From IMG/VR virus record IMGVR_UViG_3300045988_036397: a DNA stretch of 41,964 nucleotides. One strand, written 5' to 3'. Below are positions 26,907 to 33,807 of this stretch, one piece after another. Each line of letters begins with the position of its first letter. Position 1 is the stretch's first letter. The DNA is from a virus. A model generated the notes under the pieces. The model did no database searches and was not told the DNA's origin. It worked only from the letters and a program-made list of their open reading frames with translations. Made by a program: the position numbers and the translations under genes.

Positions 26907-27301
26907 TATATCCTCCAAAACCCCTTTGCGCCGGAGGAGAAGCGCGTTCCCACCCTACCGGTTTATGCTGTGCCGGTCTCACCCGTTGCGGGGAGCAAAT
27001 CCGCAACGCTTTTTTCATCCGCTGCATTTATCCCCGCGTGCGGATTCGCGGTCTCTGCTTTGATGTTATGGGTTTCGGCGATGCGTAACTGCGTCAGTAA
27101 CGGAGTCCACACAAGCAGATGCCGAACGGTTTTCTAGATGTCACCGTCAAAACGTTCCCGAACTTCTCCGCTTTCAAAATCGGTGTGCAATCGGGTATGC
27201 GCCCTCTCGTAGTGGGCTGTGCACCGTCGCTCTTCCGGTGTGTCAGGTTATCTATCGCGTTTCCTGCGCCGGGCTTTCACCGGTGGGAGCGACCCAGCAT
27301 G

Positions 27302-27359
27302 TGCCCTCAGCCGGACTTGAACCGGCACACCAAGGCTCTTGCCATTGAGCTACAAGGGC
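27302..27359 (-). ncRNA. tRNA-like element lacking an anticodon arm
   Basis: The minus strand reads GCCCTTG-TA-GCTC-AATGGCAA-GAGC-CTTGGTGT-GCCGG-TTCAAGT-CCGGC-TGAGGGC-A. It has a 7-bp acceptor stem (two G-U pairs), U8 A9, a D-arm containing GG and a canonical T-arm. Only 8 nt occupy the place of the anticodon arm and variable loop. No CCA is encoded. Confidence 0.55.
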
Positions 27360-27665
27360 ATGTGCGGCTTGCCGTTTGCACGACCATTGTCATCATTTGT
27401 GAGGGATACCGCGCCCGCTCACACAGACAGGTTGCGACCCTGCCCTCTGGTACTGCACATAGGTCTTGCACCTTTGCCGCGCCGTTGCTTCGGAACGCAG
27501 CGCCCTTATTCTTTGTGGATAGAATCGGCTATGCAGCATATAAAATGCCGGTCTTTCCCGGCTGCCAGCTATGAATAGGAGAATTGAAATGGTAAAGAAA
27601 AGAGATTTTAGCTATGCCGTAGGCTGTCCCGTTCCTACATCATCCAGCATATCTATAATAGCAGG

Positions 27666-28097
27666 TTAAAAGTGAACTGGAGTGCACAGATTTTCAATTG
27701 CAGCGCGGTGTAATTTCTTTGCCCATCGCTCGGAAATATTTAGATTTATCGCAATTTTCCACCAATACGGGGTGCCGACAATATACCGCTCCCGCAGAAC
27801 GTCCCGCTGCATTTGGTCTTGAACAGAGTTTATTGCGGTTTCGATTTCTTCCCTTTGCATTTCGGTTTCAACAATCTGCTTGTATAGAGCTTCCTGACGC
27901 TCCATGATTCTGCAAACGGCATCCTCGATTTTGTTTTTCCCGCCAGCAGACACCACCACGGGGGATAATGCTTTAGTGGTCGCTGTTGCCCGTTCACGTT
28001 CGCTTTGTATCTGCTGGCGCAGCTGTCGTTCATGATTCCTGCTGCGTTGGTATCTCCATAGCCACACTTTCTTTTGGTTGAATTCTTCTCTGGTCAT
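27666..28097 (-). CDS. ArpU/RinA-like late transcriptional activator (sigma region-4-like HTH)
   Basis: 143 aa with SD GAGGAG. The C-terminal segment DVLRERYIVGTPYWWKIAINLNISERWAKKLHRAAIENL fits a region-4-type HTH. It occupies the position upstream of the packaging genes. Confidence 0.65.
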   Translation of the reverse strand: MTREEFNQKKVWLWRYQRSRNHERQLRQQIQSERERATATTKALSPVVVSAGGKNKIEDAVCRIMERQEALYKQIVETEMQREEIETAINSVQDQMQRDVLRERYIVGTPYWWKIAINLNISERWAKKLHRAAIENLCTPVHF

Positions 28098-28218
28098 TGT
28101 ATCTCCTCTCTTCCAGTTTCATGCAGCGCGGCAGCGTGCAAATATCGCCATTCTTCCACTCGCATGTCGCGCAAAGATGTTCGCGGGCGTATTCATCAAC
28201 TAGTTGCTGTTTTGTCAT
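28030..28218 (-). CDS. small Cys-rich protein
   Basis: ORF trimmed to ATG 28218 with SD GGAGGTG. Product is MTKQQLVDEYAREHLCATCEWKNGDICTLPRC.... It overlaps the next gene by 68 nt. Confidence 0.5.
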   Translation of the reverse strand: MTKQQLVDEYAREHLCATCEWKNGDICTLPRCMKLEERRYNDQRRIQPKESVAMEIPTQQES

Positions 28219-28278
28219 GGGGTCACCTCCGGGGGGTGTAGATCGGCAGTTCTGTCCATGTTGTAACACCTGTTTAAT

Positions 28279-28728
28279 TCAAGCATAATGTTCTCCGTTG
28301 TATATAACCAGCATAGACGGAAAAGGCGCTGGTGGATACCTGTTTCCGTTATCGTCCTCAAAACGCAGTCTTCCGCGCAGAAAACGGATTTCAGCTTTTC
28401 CGTACACATAATCGTGGAAATATGACGTATCAGTTCTCGCGGGTATCAATAGGACTATTTTTGTTCCGCTCCGCGATTCTTCGTAGGCTTTGCGCACCCA
28501 TAGACCAATCATTCTGCCGTATGGAGGATTGCAAAACACACTTCCTGATTCAACGCTCCACGGCATTTTCAGACCATCTGTTTCCGGCGTGTAAAACCGA
28601 TTGCACTTTGCGCTTTTCTCGGTTGCCGCTGCATCCAGAACGAAATGAAATTCCTCGTTTAACTTGTCAAAAAAGTCCTACGGTGTGCAGTAATCCATTT
28701 TTTTGCTGCTTAAAAGTGCGTCGTTCAT
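28279..28728 (-). pseudogene. Dam-like DNA N6-adenine methyltransferase interrupted by one in-frame TAG (pseudogene or read-through)
   Basis: ATG 28728 (SD AAAGGAAG) opens MNDALLSSKKMDYCTP. A TAG follows at 28678-28680, and the same frame continues as DFFDKLNEEFHFVLDAAATEKSAKCNRFYTPE...VFCNPPYGR...LLIPARTDTSYFH. Together these give the full-length phage Dam pattern. Confidence 0.7.
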
Positions 28729-28755
28729 TTTGTGTTCTTCCTTTCAGCCGGTAGC

Positions 28756-28775
28756 CTGTCTTTAACGCTTATCCA
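28756..28775 (-). repeat. 20-bp direct repeat (copy 1), a duplicated DUF551 5' coding segment
   Basis: CTGTCTTTAACGCTTATCCA is identical to 29006-29025. Here it lies in a 19-aa remnant ORF (28725-28784, MCNWISVKDRLPAERKNTK). Confidence 0.85.
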
Positions 28776-28776
28776 A

Positions 28777-29034
28777 TTACACATAGTATCCTTCCTCTTC
28801 CGGCAATTTTGGCAATGACATCCAATGAGTGACATTTACTCCTGCAGTTTCGTAGGTGAGAGGTTCTCCGTCATTGTTTGTTCCATCATCGAAATAGCCA
28901 CCGCAATCACACCAACCACGTTCCGTGTCGTAAAATGCCAAATAAGTGTCCACACCAGCCCAATGGTCTAAACGCACAAGAACCTTTTCATACGGGTCAG
29001 GCAGTCTGTCTTTAACGCTTATCCATTCTCTCAT
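28777..29034 (-). CDS. DUF551-like protein
   Basis: 85 aa. The motifs WISVKDRLPD and VTHWMSLPKLP are typical of DUF551. Confidence 0.7.
   Translation of the reverse strand: MREWISVKDRLPDPYEKVLVRLDHWAGVDTYLAFYDTERGWCDCGGYFDDGTNNDGEPLTYETAGVNVTHWMSLPKLPEEEGYYV
29006..29025 (-). repeat. 20-bp direct repeat (copy 2)
   Basis: Identical to 28756-28775. It encodes WISVKDR at the start of the DUF551 gene. Confidence 0.85.
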
Positions 29035-29299
29035 TTGCGTTCACCATCCTTTTGCCGCACTCCGGGCAAAAATTATAAGCAGCGAAAGAAATTGCATTAC
29101 AGGCTGAACATACAACATTTGTGCTCCCGGCGCTATCGCTTATCCAATGCGCAGTAGGTCGCAGGGATTCTGGGTCTATGGTCGGCATAATGTCAATTTC
29201 GTAAATTACGACCGCGTCAAACTCGCCGCATTCCGGCGCGTTTGGAAAACACACCTTCACGGCGCGTTTCTTTAATTCATCTGCATCAATCAGTCGCAT
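29012..29299 (-). CDS. hypothetical protein with a C-terminal zinc ribbon
   Basis: 95 aa, with CSAC...CPEC near the C-terminus. Confidence 0.6.
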   Translation of the reverse strand: MRLIDADELKKRAVKVCFPNAPECGEFDAVVIYEIDIMPTIDPESLRPTAHWISDSAGSTNVVCSACNAISFAAYNFCPECGKRMVNANERMDKR

Positions 29300-29651
29300 G
29301 GCTATCTCTCACTTTCTCAAAATAGAATTTGATCGCTTTCGGATTTTCCAGCACATTGCCGTAAACGACGCCGACCTTGTAAATGTAGTTCTCTTGCAGT
29401 TTTCGCGGAATCTCTGCAATGTATCGTCTGAATGTTTCAAGGTCGTGTGCGCGTTTGTAATGGTTGCACATACGGCAGGACGGCATAAGGTTTTCAATGC
29501 CGTCCGTGCCGGAATCCTCTGGGTTCCACGCCCTCTGCGGCTTGAAGTGGTCTACCTGCATATTATTGTAGGCAATGTGGCGGCCACAGTAAGCGCAATG
29601 ACCGTCAAATTTCTTGTACACCGCAACGCGGGTCTTTTTACTGATTGCCAT
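29286..29651 (-). CDS. HNH endonuclease
   Basis: 121 aa with HCAYCG...VDHFKP...NLMPSCRMCNHYK, an HNH motif with zinc-binding cysteines. Confidence 0.85.
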   Translation of the reverse strand: MAISKKTRVAVYKKFDGHCAYCGRHIAYNNMQVDHFKPQRAWNPEDSGTDGIENLMPSCRMCNHYKRAHDLETFRRYIAEIPRKLQENYIYKVGVVYGNVLENPKAIKFYFEKVRDSHATD

Positions 29652-29711
29652 TTATTCATCCTCGCTGTATGTCGTGATTTTATTGTGGATTGCTTCTTGA
29701 AGTTGTGTCAT
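29652..29711 (-). CDS. possible 19-aa micro-ORF, translationally coupled on both sides
   Basis: Product MTQLQEAIHNKITTYSEDE with SD GGAGA. There is an ATGA overlap with the upstream stop, and its TAA abuts the HNH ATG. Confidence 0.25.
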   Translation of the reverse strand: MTQLQEAIHNKITTYSEDE

Positions 29712-30298
29712 TCTGATATCTCCTCTACAAATGCCATGCTCTGGCGCAGATTGAGGGATTCGGGATTGAGAATGCAAGCCGGGGCGACAGCGCCGTTGAG
29801 ACACGCACCAACACAGCCAAACCGACCACCAATATCCGCAGAGCGAACCATAGCCGCGCCGCATCCCGTGTCGGAATCCTCGTAACCGCAAAACCATGGT
29901 GTTGCAGTCCACACCCAACTGTCGTAGCGCCCGATGAACTCACGGTACTTTCTGTACTCGTCACAAGTCAGGATAAAAATAAAGTCCTGTACAGTGCCAT
30001 AATTTCTGTCGCCGTTGTCTGCAACAAGGTCAACGGTATGTGCCAGTAGACATGTTCCACCAAAAACAGCATTATTCATATCAGATAGAACCCCACGCAC
30101 ATTACTGGTGCGGTAGTTGTTCCAGTTGCCCTTCAAGTCGGCAAATTTATCACTTGGGCAGAATTTTACATCTTTTGCCCACGGTTTTGCCATAATGGCC
30201 AGCAAGCCGCCGTCAGGGTGGTTCGGATCAAGGCATACCCACTCAAAATTCTTGAACATGAAGTGTTCGCCGGGGCGCAGGGTTGTGATGTTAGTCAT
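29708..30298 (-). CDS. DUF6273-like protein
   Basis: ORF trimmed to ATG 30298 with SD GGAGG. The product includes FKNFEWVCLDP...FILTCDEYRKY...WTATPW...GAVAPACILNP, a pattern remembered for DUF6273. Confidence 0.55.
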   Translation of the reverse strand: MTNITTLRPGEHFMFKNFEWVCLDPNHPDGGLLAIMAKPWAKDVKFCPSDKFADLKGNWNNYRTSNVRGVLSDMNNAVFGGTCLLAHTVDLVADNGDRNYGTVQDFIFILTCDEYRKYREFIGRYDSWVWTATPWFCGYEDSDTGCGAAMVRSADIGGRFGCVGACLNGAVAPACILNPESLNLRQSMAFVEEISE

Positions 30299-30656
30299 TG
30301 TTGGTAACCTCCGTGAGCCAGTAGTCTTTGCGACACTCCAAACACCCATGTCTATGGCAATGTACGCTATTTATATTTTCTGGGTCAAATTTGCGTGGGC
30401 AAAAAATAAGAATCCCGCTTTCATCCGTTTCCGCATCGGGAAACAACTTCAAAAACTCGCTCTGGCGAGTCTTGATTGGGTTGTCTTTCGCCCATTGCTC
30501 GACTTTTGAAACTGTTTCATCGATGCTTTTAATTGAATCGTCGTCGGCCCTAACCATGCAGCCCATGTCGTCATTTTTATGGATGGGGCATTCCTTGCAG
30601 CATCTTTGATTTTTGCGCAATCTGTTTACCGTCTTGAAAAATTCAACTACGTCCAT
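30291..30656 (-). CDS. Cys-rich hypothetical protein
   Basis: ORF trimmed to ATG 30656 with SD AAGGAG. Confidence 0.6.
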   Translation of the reverse strand: MDVVEFFKTVNRLRKNQRCCKECPIHKNDDMGCMVRADDDSIKSIDETVSKVEQWAKDNPIKTRQSEFLKLFPDAETDESGILIFCPRKFDPENINSVHCHRHGCLECRKDYWLTEVTNND

Positions 30657-30667
30657 AGTCTCACTCC

Positions 30668-31018
30668 TTACCAATCTGCGTTTATAACCACAAAATCGCC
30701 GTTTTCTATGGCGCAATCGACCAGCATCTTAATGCTTACCCAACCGAATACATCGTGTTCTCTTGCAAAAGTTACAAGGTCTTTTGCCTGTTCGGATGTG
30801 AGCGTCATATCTTTTCCATAAAAATCGCGTTCTGGCTCTTTCTCGCGGATTTCATATGGCACATAATAGCCTATTTTTTCGAGATACTCTTTCCAGACAC
30901 GCCCGCAGGAAGACTCATAGTCTTGCATTGTGCCTTTGATTGGCTTTCCGCAGTGCGGACATTTGCCCACATCGTAGCGGCTGACTGTAATATCAAATAC
31001 CATAATATCAAATACCAT
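30668..31018 (-). CDS. hypothetical protein with a CPHC zinc-ribbon motif
   Basis: 116 aa. The N-terminus MVFDIMVFDI is created by a 15-bp tandem duplication. Alternative start at 31003. Confidence 0.6.
   Translation of the reverse strand: MVFDIMVFDITVSRYDVGKCPHCGKPIKGTMQDYESSCGRVWKEYLEKIGYYVPYEIREKEPERDFYGKDMTLTSEQAKDLVTFAREHDVFGWVSIKMLVDCAIENGDFVVINADW
30989..31018. repeat. perfect 15-bp tandem duplication
   Basis: AATATCAAATACCAT occurs at 30989-31003 and again at 31004-31018. Confidence 0.9.
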
Positions 31019-31023
31019 TGCGA

Positions 31024-31335
31024 TTACTCCTTATCCAACCCGCGGGTTACATACTGCCCATAGGTCAAGCCAAGGGCGGCGGCTTCGCGGGTACATTGTT
31101 CTATCGGCTTTATTCTCTTGATTTCTTTTGACACCACGATTTTCTTTGGCTTTTCAGCATTTTTAGCAATGCGCCTTTCCCTGCGCCGCTTTAAAACTTT
31201 CTCGCGGTTTTTGTGATATGCGGCACGGGCGGCGTTACCTTTTATGCGCTTGCACTCTTCGCAAAATCGCGTCTGCCGGTTTACGTTTACCATAATGCTG
31301 TCGCAGCACTGGCATGGCTTTGTTACAAAAATCAT
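31024..31335 (-). CDS. zinc-ribbon / basic hypothetical protein
   Basis: ORF trimmed to ATG 31335 with SD AAAGGAGA. It has CQCC...CEEC and a Lys/Arg-rich centre. Confidence 0.6.
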   Translation of the reverse strand: MIFVTKPCQCCDSIMVNVNRQTRFCEECKRIKGNAARAAYHKNREKVLKRRRERRIAKNAEKPKKIVVSKEIKRIKPIEQCTREAAALGLTYGQYVTRGLDKE

Positions 31336-31676
31336 TTGCTTTTCTCCTTTGCCGCCCAGACTTGCACGCCGTGGTCGGTCAAATAGGCTTTTACCCACAA
31401 ATCGGCGTCCGCGACATTCTGCACATTGTCAAGCTGCTTTTTGTTTTCCGGAGTGTAGATACCATCGAGCTTAGGCAATACAGCTTCGGCGAGGGCTTTC
31501 TGAACGTGGGCAATAGTTCTGGGGGACAGGTTGGCTTGCAGCATGGCGCACCAGACCTCGTTATAACAGCGTGCCGCGATGCGGTCTGACTGCTCCTCTA
31601 GCAGCTGCTTTGTGACGAGCTGTGCAGCGTTCATGGCGTCGGAGGCCAGCGCGTGGCGTTTGGCATAGCATTTCAT
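31332..31676 (-). CDS. hypothetical protein
   Basis: 114-aa ORF with an overlapping stop/start with its neighbour. Confidence 0.6.
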   Translation of the reverse strand: MKCYAKRHALASDAMNAAQLVTKQLLEEQSDRIAARCYNEVWCAMLQANLSPRTIAHVQKALAEAVLPKLDGIYTPENKKQLDNVQNVADADLWVKAYLTDHGVQVWAAKEKSK

Positions 31677-31679
31677 GGG

Positions 31680-32084
31680 TTACACTTCCAATTCTTCGAT
31701 AAAAATTTCTGTGCGAGGGTTTTCTTTGTCGTACATTACGCGGGAGCCGTCCGTTGCTGCTACAATGCTACTGTTGTCGTCCTTCAAAATCCTGGCATCA
31801 ACCAGAATATCCATGATGGCGCTTTCGAGGTTTGTTTTATCAACCTTGCGGCGTGTAGGCATGTAGTACAAGCACTTGACGTTGTAGCGGCCGTCCAGCG
31901 GATTTTTTGGCGCCGGGTTTAAATACATCTTTGCAGCTCTTGCGTACTTCAAGTAGGCTGCGCTTGGCAGAACTTTTGCGTACTTGCCCTTATGGCATAC
32001 CGGGCAGTGAGCGCCTACGTATCCGATGCGGGGGCTGTTCTTTTTTGTGATGGGGGGAAGACTAATGGTGTACTTGCATCTCAT
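31680..32084 (-). CDS. rusA: RusA-family Holliday junction resolvase
   Basis: ORF trimmed to ATG 32084 (ATGA overlap). The segments LPPITKKNSPRI, DKTNLESAIMDILVDARILKDD fit the RusA pattern. Confidence 0.7.
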   Translation of the reverse strand: MRCKYTISLPPITKKNSPRIGYVGAHCPVCHKGKYAKVLPSAAYLKYARAAKMYLNPAPKNPLDGRYNVKCLYYMPTRRKVDKTNLESAIMDILVDARILKDDNSSIVAATDGSRVMYDKENPRTEIFIEELEV

Positions 32085-32761
32085 AAACTTCCCCACTGTT
32101 CTGCCATTGCGGCGGCGATGCCGGGGAATGTTTTGCTCCTCACTTTTGCCGAACGGCTGAAAGTGTCTTCCCATGTTCTTGCTTTTCCGCTCGGCGTCAC
32201 ACCAAACATTGCGGCGTTGTCTGGCTTTGGCAGACCCGTTCCGTGCAGCAGAGGAAGGTTGACAAGCCATAACGACGTTGCTTTTGTGACGTAATTTTCC
32301 GTATCATCTGTGGACTTTGCGAACATATACGGCGAAACCGTTTGGTCTGGCTTGCGATATGCTGTATTCATAAATCCGACGGGGTTTTCGATTGCAATTC
32401 GTTCTGCGTTTGCTGTTAGGAATTGCATAAAAAACACAGCGCCTTTTGCCCTATCTTCCCAACGTGCAACCACTTTTTCTGGAGGGGTACACCGTAGGGA
32501 AAAGCTGCGCGTTGCAACATTGCTAAGATAGGTGCAAGGCGGGTGTGCAATCAGCAAATCCCACTTGCCTACATCATGAGCCTTGCCGTCCATCGTTACG
32601 ATTTGCCCCCCATCGATTGCTTTCAGGGCATCACCTAAAATATGCCATTCCGGGTGTCCTCCAGACGGTTCCTGGATGTCACAGCTGTACGCTTCATGTC
32701 CGCGTTCTCGGAACGCCTTGCAGACTGTCTGCGATTCTTCACAGGCAACTAATACTTTCAC
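32081..32761 (-). CDS. short DNA cytosine-5 methyltransferase-like protein
   Basis: GTG 32761 follows AAAGGAG and overlaps the upstream stop. The motifs are PPCTYLS (motif IV-like) and IENPVG (ENV-like). The protein is shorter than canonical C5 methyltransferases. Confidence 0.55.
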   Translation of the reverse strand: MKVLVACEESQTVCKAFRERGHEAYSCDIQEPSGGHPEWHILGDALKAIDGGQIVTMDGKAHDVGKWDLLIAHPPCTYLSNVATRSFSLRCTPPEKVVARWEDRAKGAVFFMQFLTANAERIAIENPVGFMNTAYRKPDQTVSPYMFAKSTDDTENYVTKATSLWLVNLPLLHGTGLPKPDNAAMFGVTPSGKARTWEDTFSRSAKVRSKTFPGIAAAMAEQWGSL

Positions 32762-32946
32762 GGTGCTATCTCCTTTACTTTCGCGTAAAATTTCTCGCTG
32801 TACAAAATGTCCAGCAGGCGGGGATTTTGGGTGTAACCTGCGGTGCGCAGGGCGGCTTCGGCGTTCCAACGTTTGGAATACAGGCGCTTGGAGTGGGTGA
32901 TGTCGCCGGTAGAGCGGGAGTAGGTGATGATTTCAAAGCGTTTCAT
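32758..32946 (-). CDS. hypothetical protein
   Basis: 62-aa ORF with GTGA coupling to the next gene. Confidence 0.5.
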   Translation of the reverse strand: MKRFEIITYSRSTGDITHSKRLYSKRWNAEAALRTAGYTQNPRLLDILYSEKFYAKVKEIAP

Positions 32947-32948
32947 AA

Positions 32949-33401
32949 TCAGAACGGCAGGTCGCCTTCATCCTCAATGAGGGCAAAATCATCGGCTTGA
33001 CCCTGAGAATAGGCGGGCGGTGCTGCATCAGGTTCACCCTGCGTGCGTTGTGCGGCGTTCTGCGAGGCGGGGCTGGTACTTTCCTTACTGCCGCAGAAAT
33101 TCGCGTTCTGGGCCACGATTTCAACGGCTGTGCGGTTCTGGCCGTTCTTGTCCTGATAGCTGCGGCTCTGCAAGCGGCCATCAATGGCAATCAGGGAGCC
33201 TTTCTGGAAATACTTGCAGACGAACTCTGCCGTCCTGTCCCATGCAACAACGTCCAGCCAGTCTGCCTGGCTCTGGCCGTTGGCGTCACGGCGTCCGCGA
33301 TCACAGGCGATGCGGAACGACGCAACATTCTTGCCCGTCGTAGTCTGGCGAAGCTCCGGGTCACGCGCAAGGCGACCCATGATTGCAACAACATTCAGCA
33401 T
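32949..33401 (-). CDS. ssb: single-stranded DNA-binding protein
   Basis: ORF trimmed to ATG 33401 with SD GAGGTG. It has an OB-fold N-terminus (MLNVVAIMGRLARDPELRQT), a Gln/Pro/Ala-rich linker and an acidic tip DEGDLPF. Confidence 0.9.
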   Translation of the reverse strand: MLNVVAIMGRLARDPELRQTTTGKNVASFRIACDRGRRDANGQSQADWLDVVAWDRTAEFVCKYFQKGSLIAIDGRLQSRSYQDKNGQNRTAVEIVAQNANFCGSKESTSPASQNAAQRTQGEPDAAPPAYSQGQADDFALIEDEGDLPF

Positions 33402-33411
33402 ATTTTTCACC

Positions 33412-33807
33412 TCAACATGAAATTCTTTCTCTATCGCAGTTTTCCAATATCGCCAGCTTGTAGCTTTCTGGTGCGTTATCGCCAAGCTGCACCACGCCAG
33501 CGGAAAACCACTTTGGCAGCGGGATACCAAGCTCTTTGTATCTGTCCCATGCAAGGCGCATAGACCAGTTATCGGATACGTTGTATGCGCTGTATTTGAC
33601 AGCAGCTTCCCGCACCTCGCTTACAGTTGGCTTGAATCGGTGCGTTTTGGAAAGCTCCTGCACAGCCTTCAGCGCGGCATTGTAGGAAATATCAGAAAGC
33701 GATGCCGCCCAAGCTTTCGCAGTTTCCTCGGCGTTCGTTTTGCTGCAAATGTTATCCCAGTAGTTCATAGCCAGCGACAGGAGCGCCGCCGTCTGCTGAT
33801 ACGTCAT
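33412..33807 (-). CDS. G39P-like helicase loader (tentative)
   Basis: 131 aa. The N-terminal pattern LLSLAMNYWDN...AKAWAASLSDISYNAALKAVQELSKTHRFKPTVSEV resembles the G39P N-terminal domain. Confidence 0.45.
   Translation of the reverse strand: MTYQQTAALLSLAMNYWDNICSKTNAEETAKAWAASLSDISYNAALKAVQELSKTHRFKPTVSEVREAAVKYSAYNVSDNWSMRLAWDRYKELGIPLPKWFSAGVVQLGDNAPESYKLAILENCDRERISC

Larger units (their letters stand above)
26877..27565 (-). ncRNA. candidate large structured non-coding RNA or late-operon leader (about 690 nt)
   Basis: An 809-bp gap with no protein-like ORF sits in a genome where most gaps are under 20 nt. Local hairpins are dense, including 27547-27562 (GCCGG/CCGGC) and 26984-27008 (8-bp perfect stem). 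A tRNA-like element is embedded, and a terminator closes the 3' end. Confidence 0.45.

Noticed and set aside
27302-27359. A functional decoding tRNA gene.
   Set aside because: It has no anticodon stem-loop: only 8 nt lie between the D-arm and the T-arm. It is reported as a tRNA-like element instead.
27119-27574. 151-aa plus-strand ORF, the overlapping 79-aa ORF, and the 26857-27027 upstream extension of terS.
   Set aside because: Their composition is Arg/Pro/Cys-rich and not protein-like. They lack SDs and run through the tRNA-like element and hairpins. The region is interpreted as non-coding.
27589-27669. 26-aa plus-strand ORF with an AGGAGA SD, convergent with the late activator gene.
   Set aside because: It is very short and overlaps the stop of the minus-strand gene and a hairpin. 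No supporting context was seen. It is kept only as a remote possibility.
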